64,000 nt of DNA. It comes from the human T2T-CHM13v2.0 reference genome, Homo sapiens. The notes under the pieces were generated by a model that saw only the letters and a program-made list of their open reading frames with translations, made no database searches and had not been told where the DNA came from. Position numbers and translations under genes: made by a program. Below, one piece after another: positions 12,265 through 54,240 of the stretch (positions are counted from its first letter, which is position 1; every line of letters begins with the position of its first letter). Location: assembly GCF_009914755.1 (NCBI RefSeq), contig NC_060929.1; one strand, written 5' to 3'.

Positions 12265-12562
12265 TTTTATTTTATTTTATTGAGACAAGGTCCTGCTTTG
12301 TTCCCCAGGCTGGAGTACAGTGGCATTCTCACTGCTCCCTGCAGCCTCAACCTCCTGGGATCAGGTGATCCTCTCACCTCAGCATCCTGAGTTGCTGGGA
12401 CCATAGGCACATGTCACCCTGCCTGGCTAATTTTTTAATTTTTTTGTAGAGATGGAGTCTTCCTATGGTGCCCAGGCTGGTCTCAAACTCCTGGTCTCAA
12501 GGGATCCTCCCACCTCTACCTCCCAAAGTGTAGGTTTACAGCGGTCAGCCACTGTGCCTGGC
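12265..12562 (-). mobile_element. AluJ
   Basis: Diverged dimeric Alu in antisense. Confidence 0.88.
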
Positions 12563-12647
12563 TTTATTTTTTTTTTATGTTAATGGGGATATCTTATACA
12601 CAGTACTTTATGAGAGAAGAGGAAAGGCTTCAAAAATACATTAAATA

Positions 12648-12985
12648 TTTTATTTATTTATTTTTAGAGATCTTGCTCTGTCACGCAGGCTGGAGTGCAG
12701 TGGTGCAGTCATAGCTCACTGCAACCTTGAACTCCTGGGTTCAAGGCATCTTCTCATCACAGCCTCCCAAAGTCCTGGGATTTCAGACGTGAGCCACTGT
12801 GCCCAGCCTCATTTTTATTTTAAATTTAATAATGACTGAAATTTATATTATTTACTTATTTTATTTTTTAGAAATGAGATCTTGCTATGTTGCCCAGGCT
12901 TGTCTACAACTCCTAGCCTCAAATGCTTCCCGTCTTGGCCTCCCAGAGTGCTGGGATTATAGGCATGGGACACCACACCTGGCCC
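12648..12985 (-). mobile_element. Two Alu monomers (FRAM/FAM-like 12648-12808; FLAM-like 12858-12985)
   Basis: Single-arm Alu sequences, each with a T-rich tail. Confidence 0.75.
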
Positions 12986-13346
12986 AGACATAACTATCTC
13001 TAACATGCATTCATGTGGCAGAAATCAAATTAGTAATTTACTATTTGAAATGTAGTAGATAATTAGTTATATTGTTATTATAACATGAAATTATTTCCCA
13101 CTTATAAAGTATCTACATGGGAATGTTACAGATTGTTTGATATTAAATATTCTCATAGATTGCTTTCTTAGAAATTTGGACAAACTCTTCGTCTGGAAAT
13201 AAGTTGCATTATAAACAGTAAAGGTGGACATCTATCTCTTGATGATTTTTTTTTTAGTCGTTCTCTATTCAAGCTTTAAAAATATACTTTTGGTTACTGT
13301 GTAATATTTGTTACATTTTTGTGTTTTTATAGTATACCATAATTGA

Positions 13347-41786
<28,440 letters not shown>

Positions 41787-44700
41787 GAGGAGACCTACCT
41801 GGGAGACTGAGACTTTCCCCCACTTTTAGCTTGATGTTAAAGAAGTGGTTGTACCTTCCTAAATCGAATAGTCTAAATGAATCCAGTAGTTTTTATCATT
41901 TTCCTGTAGCCTGCAATTTTTCTTTCTCTAGAAAGGCATCATGTCATTCCAGGAGACAAAAAGAAACAAATCCTTTTTATAGTCATACCATTTCACCTAT
42001 CATAGTACTCAAAAAAGAAAATATACAAATCTATTTACAGCACAATTTAATATACCAGATTTATAAGGTGGAAATTCATGTGCAGAGACATTTAACTTAA
42101 TGCCATGTACTTGATTATTTTGTTCTTTAAAGAAGAGATTATTAAAGAACATGTTGGTTGAATGTTTATAAAAGCATGATTTGCTTTGGCTTCATCTCTT
42201 TTCTGTCAGTCTTTGACTACTTTTGTATGTGCACACGATCTCAGGGCTGGTGCTGAGCAGCCTGCTCAACAGTCACTATAAGACACCTACTTGTCGGGAG
42301 ATGTTCCACATTTCTGTGCATGTTTTCAGTAATATGGGCCAAAATAATGGAATTGATTATTTTCCTTTTTGGCCATCACGTACACATGTAATCTGGAAAA
42401 TCATACCTTTGTCAATTTTAAACATAACTTTTGGCATTTCCCAGATTTATACTATGAACATTGGGGTAATACATTTTATTTTTTCATTGCTATATGACAG
42501 CTAAGGGGCAAATGATTCAAGTATATTTTAAATCAGAAGTATTCAAGTTATTTTTGTATAATACTGTTCAGTACTTCCAAGAATAAGCTCTGACAACAGC
42601 CATTGTTTCTGCTTCCACTCATATTCTCTACACATTTTAATACAGAAATTTTTGAGAGGGGGTTACTTTATTGCTTGTGGGTTAGTATGTCTCTTACTTC
42701 AATTAAGGTTACTTATTTGGTTTGCCTTAAGCATTACTTTTTTAACTTTGTGCCATTTGGTCTTTACTTTTTATGGATGTTTTCAAGGAAACTATTTTAT
42801 ATTCAATCTAGTTTATTTAGTCTACTGTATTTCTATTTAGTGGAAGCCTTTTCCCCTCAAATAATATATTTTATCATTTTTGGACTTATATAAATCATAA
42901 TTAAATAAATTTTTTTCTTAATACTGTTGGACTTTGTATATACAAGTTCAGATAACTTTTTCGAAGATAGTTTCTTATATAAATGTAATTTAATTTTTTT
43001 ACTCTTCTATACAGTTCTTTAGATGTAAAGGAATTAGCACAATCTCTGGCAGTTTTATAAAAGCTGTTGAAGCTCTTGTCCTGCACTGTCTTTAGGTATC
43101 ATAGGTATCAGGTTTGCTTTGTGTTAATGCCACTTCAAGTCATTATTTGGTTTCTGCTATTTTTTTACCTGAGGATAAGAAGAATGAATATTAAATTTGA
43201 ATATTAAATATATGTTACTTTCCAAGCACTGTATAATGACTGTTCAGTGAATATCAGACTTCCGTGTCATTAAAAGTCATGAGAGACAGCACAGAGAGGT
43301 TATAGGTTGCCTTGGTGTACTTTTGTCCAGGAGTAACAGGGACAGAATACTTTCTTTCCTTCCTTCAAGTACAAGAAGGCTTTCTCTACCATTTGCGTCT
43401 ACACTTTATTTTAAAAGCTATCCTTTTCTAGTAGTATTTTATCATGGCAATGGCATGATGACAACAACAGTCTTTCATTACAGACTGAAGGGAAGCATGT
43501 CCTTACTTAAAATAGTTCTGCTACTTTCCCTCCTATTATAAGGAAATTTTACAGATTCTAAAAATACCTTAATTTTTCTTTGATTTTTATTTTACCAAGT
43601 CACAAATGTCTTTTTGATGTTTTGAGAATTGTTCTCATAGAATCACAAATACTGACATTTCATTAGATGATTATTTTCCTAGAATCCCCAAAGAGCAGTG
43701 GCAGTCCATGGCTTGGTTGAAGCTAGAAATTTTCCTGCCCCTGGTGACCTGGTAAGCCTCCTGCTCGGAACCGTGTGAGTGGGTGAGGAAGATGAGAGAT
43801 GGTCAGATGGAAGAGAGGAATACATGAACTGCTCTGGCCTCTCTGGTTCTGTTCTTGGCCCAGAGTTTTTGAAAAGCAGCGGAGCATGACTGACTTCACA
43901 TGCTCAGCTTTCTCAGCCTTTTGTTTATTTTGTTGTCCTTAGATTTCCCTGTTGTAAAAGGGGCAAGAAAAGTAACTCATCATCTCTAACACACCATGGC
44001 AGCTTAGCCAGGTAGTCTTAGTGGTGGTGTTTAGGCATAAGATATGCTGATCATCAGTCTCAGGCCACAGTTTCCTTCACTAATCGTCCAGCTTGAGTGT
44101 TCTGTTCTCTTCCTGCCCATTTCCTTGAACCTCCTGCTCTAGCCTTGGCGGAGGGAGAGTGCTGTTTGCTTTTGTTCTCCCTCTGTCTTAGGAAAAGCCA
44201 TCTTTAATATAGTTCTTCACCACCGTTGGGGTTGTTTTGTGATTTTTTTTTTCTTCCGAAGAACTCCTGGTTGTTATTGGATTTTGTATTTTAATACAAA
44301 TTATTGAATTTTATAAGCTTGTACACAATATTTAATTAGTGTGAAAGGAAACAAAGAATGCAGGAAAAATAATTTAATCAACCTCAGTTGACAAGGTGCT
44401 CAGATTATTCAATTCGGGATCCTCCTTTTGTTAGGTTTTTGAGACAACCCTAGACCTAAACTGTGTCACAGACTTCTGAATGTTTAGGCAGTGCTAGTAA
44501 TTTCCTCGTAATGATTCTGTTATTACTTTCCTATTCTTTATTCCTCTTTCTTCTGAAGATTAATGAAGTTGAAAATTGAGGTGGATAAATACAAAAAGGT
44601 AGTGTGATAGTATAAGTATCTAAGTGCAGATGAAAGTGTGTTATATATATCCATTCAAAATTATGCAAGTTAGTAATTACTCAGGGTTAACTAAATTACT

Positions 44701-44955
44701 TTAATATGCTGTTGAACCTACTCTGTTCCTTGGCTAGAAAAAATTATAAACAGGACTTTGTAGTTTGGGAAGCCAAATTGATAATATTCTATGTTCTAAA
44801 AGTTGGGCTATACATAAATTATTAAGAAATATGGATTTTTATTCCCAGGATATGGTGTTCATTTTATGATATTACGCAGGATGATGTATTGAGTAAAATC
44901 AGTTTTGTAAATATGTAAATATGTCATAAATAAACAATGCTTTGACTTATTTCCA
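41787..44955 (+). other. PRRC1: PRRC1 3' UTR (about 3.15 kb)
   Basis: Repeat-free AT-rich stretch after the stop, ending at AATAAA with a downstream GT/T-rich element. Confidence 0.75.
44929..44934 (+). terminator. PRRC1: Polyadenylation signal AATAAA (distal)
   Basis: Preceded by two TGTA motifs and followed by GTTGT and a T9 run; repeats resume about 300 bp later. Confidence 0.75.
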
Positions 44956-45234
44956 AAGTTGTATAGCGATTTTTTTTTAAAATGCTAGTTTATATTGAAA
45001 GGACGCATATTTCTTTTTACCTAAATTTGTTACTGGCTGCCAAGAATTCTTGTACAACAGCAACTTAACCACCATCTTTCTAGTGGAACTGTAACATTCA
45101 CATATACCAGAGTTGCTAACTTCAGGGTGCAAGAACTCAAAATATTTAGAGGAGAGGATACATTGGAGATAAAGGTAATAGGCAAGAATTTAAGGCCTAT
45201 GGTCATGAGGACACTTCTTGAGTATTGGGTTTTC

Positions 45235-46030
45235 GAGTAGTTTTATTTCTTAGTTTCAGTTCACAGCAGAATTAATTAAAAGGAGGGAAAGTACAGAGAT
45301 TTCCCATATATCGCCTTCCCCTACATATGCATAGCTTCTTCTCTCTTTATCAACACTCCCCACCAGAGTGGTCCATAATCAATGAACAATAAGTGGTCCA
45401 TAATCAATGAATAATAAACAATCAATGAACCTGCATTGACCTAACATCTCCCATAGCCCATAGTTTACCTTAGTTACTCTTAGGGTTGTACATTCTTATG
45501 GGTTTAGGCAAATGTATAATGACATGTATCCATCATTATAATATTGTAGGAGATTTTCACTGTCCTAAAAACTCTCCATGTTTTTCTATCCCCCCAACCT
45601 CTGGCAACCACTAATCTTTTAACTGTCTCTATAGTGTTGCCTTTTCCAGAATGTTATATAGTCTGAATAATACAGTATGTAGCCTTTTCAGATTGGCTTC
45701 TTTCATTTAGTAATACATATTTAAGATTCTTCCATGTCTTTTCATGGCTTGGTAATTTCTTTTTAGTGCTGAATAATATTCTATCATCTGGATGTTCCAC
45801 AGATTACTTATCTGTTTGCCTACTGAAGGACATCTTGGTTGTGTCAAGTTTTGACAGTTTTGAGTAAACCTGCTATAAACGTCTGTGTGCAGGTGTTTGT
45901 ATGGACTATTTTTAGCTCATTTGGTTAGTGAATACCAAGGAGTGGCATTCCTGGATGTATGATAAGAGAATGCTTAGTTTTGTAAGAAGCCACCAAACTG
46001 TCTTGTATAGTGGCTGTATTCTTTTTTTTT
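45235..46030 (-). mobile_element. L1MC-type 3' fragment
   Basis: GTACAGAGATTTCCCATATA...CCCTCTGGCAACCACTAATC...GTAGCCTTTTCAGATTGGCTTC. Confidence 0.8.
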
Positions 46031-48680
46031 TTTTCCTGGTTTATTTTGTACTATATTTGGTATTTTGAGTTTATGATCCCAGGACAAGAGATTTTTGTCT
46101 TGATTTGACCATATTTGGGGCAGGGGAAGAGGAGATACCATAAAACAACAGAATATTGATTGGGGAAGGGGCTGCTGGGTGGGGTTTCTTGGTTGATTGT
46201 CAGAAGACAATAATACTGTTTTTAAGAGACCAGAAAAATACCAGTTCAGGACCTGGGAAAGGCCCTGTTTCTTTGTATTTAATTTCAGAATTAACTGGAG
46301 GAGGAAAAAAAATATGTTGGCAATAGAAACAAAATTGGCAAAATGATATCAAGGAGGTTTAAAAATTTACAGAGGAAGGAAATCTTATAAATTATACTAA
46401 AGTGAGCTTATTTTAAGAAAAAGCTCACATTTTCTTAAGAATAATAGTAACACTTTTTAAATAAATTTTTAAAAAATTTTTCTTAAAGCTGTAAGGAGTG
46501 AGGAACAAACATTTATATAAGTTTCTATTAGGCACTGGAGTAGAAACTTAAAACCAACATTATGTTATTGAGCCCACAGATTTTATTACTCCTATTTTTA
46601 TAGGTAAGGTAACTGAAACTTAGATTAAACTGCTTGCCCAGTATCACAAAACAGATGAATCACAGAGAATTCAAACAGTATGTGACTTGCTGAACCAGTC
46701 TCTTCCCCACCATCCTGAATATTTACTTCAGGAAGTTATAGGTACATAATACTATAAATATTTGTTGAATGTAAGTGAATTCAAATAATGGCATGACGAC
46801 TTTTCCTTAGTATACTTTTAATCTTACACTATTACGTTTAGTGAAAACAATTTTTACTCCATATTTTTCTTTTGAGTTTGAAAGGGCTGTTTTGGGCTTT
46901 CCTGCTGGTATGAAACTATGTTCTTGACATTTGGATATCCTCCCCAATTTGAGAAACCATTAACTAGGTTTGAGTGTCATTTTTAGGATAAAAGCCACAA
47001 ATGTTCTCTAGTGACATCAGGAAGGTATTTGAAGAAAATTTCCTGTTAAACTAGTCTTCAGGCAAGGTACTGACCACGTGCCTTTTAAAATATTTAAAAA
47101 TTACTTTTGTTATTGACATGTACATGTAGGAAACTACATAAATCACAAATGAATTACCACAACATGGATACACTCAGGTAACCACTGCTCTGATAAAAAA
47201 AGGTAACCACTGCTCTGATAAAAAAAAAAAAAAATAGACCAGGCTCCCAGAGCACCATTAGGCCTCCTGAAATCTTCCCTGCTAAGATAACCAATACCTT
47301 AAATTCTAACAGAGAGTCTTGCTGGTTGTTGAATTCAATATAAACGGAATCCTAAGATATATTCTTTTACCCCTGACTTCTTTTCTTCAACATTACGTTT
47401 GCAAAAATCATTTGTGTTGTATATAGCAGTATTTGCTTGTTTGTCTTGCATAGTGTTATGCAAGTTATAGTGTTCTGTTGTCTGAATATACCACAATGTA
47501 TTTTTGTTGCTGAACAATTGGGTTGTTTCCAGTTTTTTTGGTTGTAATGAATACAGCCCTGGTTATCTTGTACAATTCTTTTGATCCACATATGTGACAT
47601 TTGTGTTGGAAATATAGATAAGATGAATTGCTGGGGCATAAAGTATGCATATGTCAATTTTAGTAGGTATGGCCAAAATATTTTCCAACTATGCCTAAAT
47701 TTACCACTCCCATCATTACTATGATGTTATTTCTATTTGCTGTACACCCTTGTCAAAAGACTCAAAGTCTCTTAAAATTAATTATATTGTAGTTTTAATT
47801 TGCTTTTCTCTGACATTAAGGAGAAAGTTGAGCAACTTTTCATGCATTTGCCATTTGAATGTCCTTTGTGAGGCATCAAGTTTCCTGCCCATTTTTCCCT
47901 TGAGTTTTCTCTATTTCTTAACTGATTTTTAGAAGTTCTTTGTATACTCTAGGTACTATGAGTTGCAGATATCTCCACTTTTTATTTCTGTAGTGGTATC
48001 TTTCAGTGAGCAAAAGTTTAAAATCATAACGTACAGGTGGTATCGCTTTTTTTTATGGTTAGTGCAATTTGTCCTGTTTTAAAAACACCTTTTCTTACCC
48101 CAAGTTCTTAAAGACATTCTATGTTGACTTATAAAAATTTTTATTGTGTTTTAGTTTTCACAGGTGAGATGGGAAAGTCTCCTGGAGTTATTTTGTATGC
48201 CTGTGAGTGGTGTGAAATAAGGGTTAAATTAAAAGTGTTCCCCTCCAAAGTGGATATCCTATTGTCTTGACGTCATTTATTGAAAGGACCATCCTTAGAT
48301 TTATTGGGCACTTTAACTGAGTTGACAATCTTCTACCAGTGTGTTTCCTCCTCACCCTTCTCTAAACAATTCTAAATGTATTTAAAGGTCTCAGTAGACA
48401 TTATTGGTTTTGTTTAGAGTCAACATTGATTTATATTTCCCTACATTTTACCCTTCCCATTGCTCTCTATTCCCTCCTGTATTTCTCAGCTTCCTTCTGT
48501 GATTACTTTCCCTTTACCCTGAAGAAAACCTCTTTATAATGTCCTTTACTGTAGATCTTATGGTGATGAACATCCTCGCTTTCTTGTTTTGTTTGAAAAT
48601 GTTTTTATTTCATACTAATTTTTGAATGATATTTTCACTGGATATAGAATTCTAGTTCATTATAGCCTATCAATATCTGT

Positions 48681-48974
<294 letters not shown>

Positions 48975-49584
48975 ACCTATCAATATCTGTCTTCTGTTGT
49001 TTCTCTTCATGAACCAATGATCAGTCTTACTGTTGCTTTGAAGGTGATACACCCTTTTTCTCTCCTGCTTTTCAGGTTTTCTGTCTATGCCTTTGGATTT
49101 CATCAGTAGTGCTGTGACATGATTAGAATGTTCAACTGCCAAATTCTGTATCACCTCTCTTTTGAGACTGTAATTATACATATGCTAGACATTTTCCCTT
49201 TTCCCATATGCCTCTTTTCTGTTTTGATCCTTTTGATTCTGAACTTCAGTCTATTTTCTTTCTGTTTCTCCTCTGCTTCACAAGTTCTTGCTTCACCTGT
49301 GTCTACTTTCCTATTAAACTCATCTGTTGAGTTCTTGGTCTATTTTTCAGTTCTAGAATTTATTTCCATTGGATTTTTTAATAGTTTCCACACTTTGATG
49401 AAATTCTCCATTTTTGTTTCTTAATTCCTTGAAAATATTAATTCTAGTTATTGTAAAGCCCATGTTTGATAACTGTATCTTCTGAATCTCCTGTGGCCCA
49501 GTTTCTATTACTTGTTCTCATCTCTTGGTTTCTGGCAAAAACTTGTCTTCCTGTAATGGTAATGGCTGAGGATTTTGGGGTTTC

Positions 49585-49801
49585 TTGTTCGTTTTTAGAG
49601 ACAGGATCTCACTCTATTGCCCACCCAGGCTAGAATGCAGTGGCACAATCGTAGCTCACTGCAGCCTAAAACTCCTGGGCCCAAGCGATCCTCCCGCCTC
49701 AGCCTCCTGAGTAGCTAGGACTCCAGATGCATACTACCATGCCAGCTAATTTTTTTAAATGTTTTTGTAGAGACAGGGTCTCCCTATGTTGCCCAGGCTG
49801 G
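49585..49801 (-). mobile_element. Truncated AluJ
   Basis: Right arm plus partial left arm. Confidence 0.85.
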
Positions 49802-52257
49802 ACTGGTTATTTTTTATTGAAGGCCAGACACTGTATATGACCAGCTGTTGAGGTAATTTGAGGCTCTGACATTATCTTTCTTCAGTGAGCATGCGTTTTT
49901 GCCTCTGGCAATCAACTAGGTTAGGGGTATATCAGTTTAATCTCATTAGACATCAAAATAATTTAAGGTGTTTTTAGTCTTTTTGAGGACTGGACTACTC
50001 TGTTTTTGGTGTACTCTTACTCTTGGTTTGTACCTGAAACCCTGAAACCTGGGGCAGGCCCTGCACTCTAGTTTCTATCTCCATAGTCCTATGAATCTGT
50101 CAAAATCTATTCTCAATTCCTTACCATCTCAGCCACTGTTTTCATATCTCACAATATTCCTAGGGGGCAAAATGGTGCCAGGCTTACGCCCTTCATTGTC
50201 TCTTTCCTCCTGGACATTGGTCCCACAAATTCTCATTTATTTGGTAGCTTTTTGATGATTTTAAACAGACTTTTTTATATGATATTGATCTGGCTTTTTC
50301 ATTTGTTTCTGGTGGGACAGTTGGATCAAAAAAACCTAGTTGGTCCTTGCTAGAAGTGAAACTTTCTTAGTTTTTTACAGGGTGGCTGTTGGGCCTTTAA
50401 GCTTACCAGGGGCTGGGGGAGCGGGAGGTATAGGGTTTATGATTTAACAGAACTTTTGAAATGAATAGTTATTTGTAGAAATCTGTTACATTCCAAGTAA
50501 GTTCATTTACAATGTAATGTGTCAGAACAAGTGGGACTGTAGAGGAATTAGCTTTTATATACAGCCAGGTCACACCTCAGCCTGTATACCTGCACAGCTC
50601 TGAGGCTTTCACTGGGGACGAGGGAGTCACAGGTGCATGAATAATTGTTGACTGCTAATGGTGGCTTTTGTGCTGGAGCAGCTACTTATCCTAAAATCTC
50701 CTTGCCTCTTCTGCTTCTGTGTAATTAGTATTATTGTATCAATTCAATAACAACTGCTAACAGTCAAATGGTTTCTATGTGTGACGCCTTACCACATATG
50801 TAGTTCCAAATTTGTTTTTGTAGTCCTTTAAAATAGGTAATAGTATTTTTGTTTCACACATTTAACAAAAGATTGTACCACTAGAATATAAGCCCGCTGA
50901 GCACCAGCACCATGTGGTCATGTCTACCACTACACCTCAATGCCTCGCACAATGATAAATATTAATAAATTAAAAATTAATATTTTTAAATAAAGGAACT
51001 CAAGTCTGTTTGACCCCATAGGCCATATTCTTCGTGTACTATGCAGTGTAAGTGTTAATAAATGTTTTAATTTTTTAAATAAAAACACTTAAAAAATACC
51101 ACATGTAAGTCTGACTTTAAAGGACTTTGAATCGCATAATATTGTAGAAAGGGGTTGAAATTGATCTAAAGAAGAGAGCCCAATAGACCTGCTCCACTTC
51201 TGACAGGAAACTACTGAAGGATGGAAGAGCTAAAGGTTTAGAAACCTTGGATTTGAAACTTGTGCTCACCACACAGGAATGAAATTCCAAGCAAGTGTTT
51301 CATCCCTTTCAGCCTCAGATTCTTCATCAGTAAAATAGAAGTGTTGATACCACAGGCACAAGAATGTTGTTAGAAATAAATGAAGCAATATATATATACT
51401 TAGTTCCTGTGAGTCTATTTATTATGAACATCTCCCCACACTGAGTATGCTTGTGATGTTTAAAAACCCATTTTTCATGAAACGTAGCCCCTAAATGCTA
51501 GCCAGCTGCTTACAATTGCCTGTTTTAATGCTGGAGAATTAACTTTTGGGCTTACCATGAGACATGCCAACCTCTACTCCAGGTCCTTCTTATGGAGTGA
51601 AGGTCTTAGTTTTTCAGTAGTACTTTCGAACATATTATAATTTGACAGACATATTTCTGAAAACCCCTGCTTCCGGTAGAATTTTGTGCTAGAGGTAACA
51701 GAAGTTTTGGGAAAAGATGGGATTAGGGACAGATCAATAAAAACGTATATAACTTTGAAACCAGGCACTAACAAAACTGGTAATGACCTCAATTAGAATA
51801 TTAGCACAAATTTTACATTTTATGTTTCTAATAAATACACCAAAATAAGAGGCCTTTGCCTTAATGAACAAAAAAAGGTGAAGGTAGACTGATGGACAGG
51901 GAAGGCAGTGACAAAGGACTGAGCATGCTGAGCTATGCAGAAAGAGCAAAATACAGAAGGATCAGGGAGAACTGTGCAATGAGCACTTCCAGACAAAACT
52001 GGAGGCTCATATAAGCCAGAAAGAAGAACATGGGCTGATGGCCATTGAGTGTTTGTGATTTTGCATTTAGGTGCTGCTACTTAGTTACACGAACCAAAAA
52101 GACTTCTAGGTTATACAAACAACATTCACTCATTTACCAATTTTATTTAAGCTAATTGTTACAGAAACATGAGCTGTAGCAGAGCAGACTGAACTTGCTA
52201 TTTATCTTATAACCATTAGAAACTAATTACCACCATACATAGAAGCCCTTTGTAAAC

Positions 52258-52495
52258 CACCGTGGAAAAGTCAAAGGCCTGTAGGGGTCAGGCAAGCAAT
52301 AGAAGTGAGTGAGCAGGAAGACACGGACTTCTCTAAATAGGCATATCCCATCTACAGGGGACAGGCATGCTCCGTTTCAGCCAACTGTTGCCATGTGGGA
52401 TGGAGGACTTGGGTATGGCCAGATCACTTGATTTTTCCCCAGAGAATTCAGATATCTGGGTTTTTAGGTAAAATTGCCCAATTCTTAAAACCCTG
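52258..52495. mobile_element. MER102-like (hAT-Charlie)
   Basis: GCCTGTAGGGGTCAGGCA...TTGCCATGTGGG...GGCCAGATCACTTGATTTTTC. Confidence 0.6.
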
Positions 52496-53803
52496 ACCAA
52501 AGAAGATAGGACAGGGGGTTGGGATTCACTTTGGGCTCCCAGTTGTGACCTTAGGAAAATAACAGACTGTATAAACCTATTAATACCCGTTAAGTCCCCA
52601 GGGAGCTTTAACATATGAGCATTTTGATGGTTGTAGGTGGCATGGCCTCAAGGGCTGGGATTGAATGGGAGGCTACTTAATGTGTATTCTAGATATTGAA
52701 AATAGAGTTAAATTAAGTTGTCTGTCAAGTAGGTTACCCACCGTTCTTTGTTATTTCCCTATAATTGGGCTGTTTCATTTGTGCTTTCTCCCAAAGAGTG
52801 AAAAAACCAGTTTCCTTTTGCATTTGCAGAGTTGGTTTGTCCAGGATACATGCAAACACTTGGTGGAAAATTAAAGCCTAATGCAATCGCTTCAAACTTC
52901 CTCTAACTTTTCCCCTTATCACTATGTTATTTAACATGAAAACAATGTGTAGAAAAATGTTCAAGTGTTTCTAATAAACGTAGCTAATTGGATTCTCAAG
53001 TCTCTTCTGTGACATAAAAACTGAAATAGTTTTGAAGCTGAAGCACCAATTAATAGGGCTAGTCATGGAAAGAACACTTACAGGAACAAAACTTAATACC
53101 ACATCTTTAGATTTGTGTAATGGTTTGCTGGCAAGCCAAGTCTTTTTCCCCTGTTTCTTTTGCTTATGTTAAATGCTCTAAAAGGGCGGAGGCAAGTATT
53201 CTTGTCAGCAGAGACTTGGCAACTAATGTCTCCTTCCTGGTCCCCTGTGCCTTGCTTCAGCCTCAAGACAGTGAGACAGCCAGCCAGCCACCCAGGCAAT
53301 GTTTTATGAATCTGATGCTATGGAAAGGAGGGCAGTAAATTAGGGGAAGCTGGAATTCGCCTGTCTGTTTCAGAACATCCCATTTGGGGTATATAAAATG
53401 TATGCTGCCAGCAGGAGTTTCTGAGACAAGATGATGAAGTGGCAGTTTGCTTATATGATTTTATTTTTTCAGCTGACTTGGCCCCAGTAGATATATAGGA
53501 GGTGAGAGGGGAAAAAATGATTAAATTACCTAGTAGTTAAAAACACACTTTCCCCCTGCTTCTAAGTAGGAAAGTAAGGAATGGTTGACAAATATTTCCA
53601 TGAGGTAATAATTGATCCCTGAATAGGCTTCCATTAGTTAAAAAAAATCAGTTTATGCCATATGCCAGTGAAAATGTGCATGAAATCATGGTGGAAAGGA
53701 GAGATACATTCAATGTGAGATCAGAGAAATGAACTGGATTGTGTTTCCATGGTTCCTGCAGGAATCTATCATATTGTATCTGCCACACTGTATACATATG
53801 TTT

Positions 53804-53866
53804 ACAGTCATCCCTTAGTATTTGTGGGAGATGGGTTCCAGGATTCCCCATGGAACCAAAATCCAC
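53804..53866 (+). mobile_element. MER2/Tigger terminal fragment
   Basis: TA|CAGTCATCCCTTAGTATTTGTGGGAGATGGGTTCCAGGA...CCAAAATCCA. Confidence 0.6.
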
Positions 53867-54221
53867 TGCCTCATTATTCCATGGTTTTCCAGAGGGCAGA
53901 GGAATTGTGTGAATTTTGGAGTATAGCTGTATTACCTGAGGTGGCCTTTAAAAACTCAGCTCCCATTCTAGGGAAGTTCTGAGAGATACAAGGTAGAAAG
54001 TGTCCTTTCTCCAAAAGAAAAGTGAAACTTCAAAAGCATTTGAGAACCCTTATCTTAGAGACCAAAGGATGCCTGCTTAGATTTGCCTTCTGAATTACAG
54101 TGAGACAGACACCTTCTGGCCTCCTACCTTCTCCCCTTTCTCTTCCCTTCTCGTAAATCTGGGGTTGGTTAAGTTAGGAAGATTGGATTTCTTTAGCTTT
54201 AGTGACTGAAGACTGTTCACC

Positions 54222-54240
54222 CTGTCACTAGAGGGCACCA
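54222..54240 (+). promoter_or_regulatory. Candidate CTCF site
   Basis: CTGTCACTAGAGGGCACCA resembles the CCAC(T/C)AG(A/G)GGGC(G/A)C core; located in unique sequence. Confidence 0.6.
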
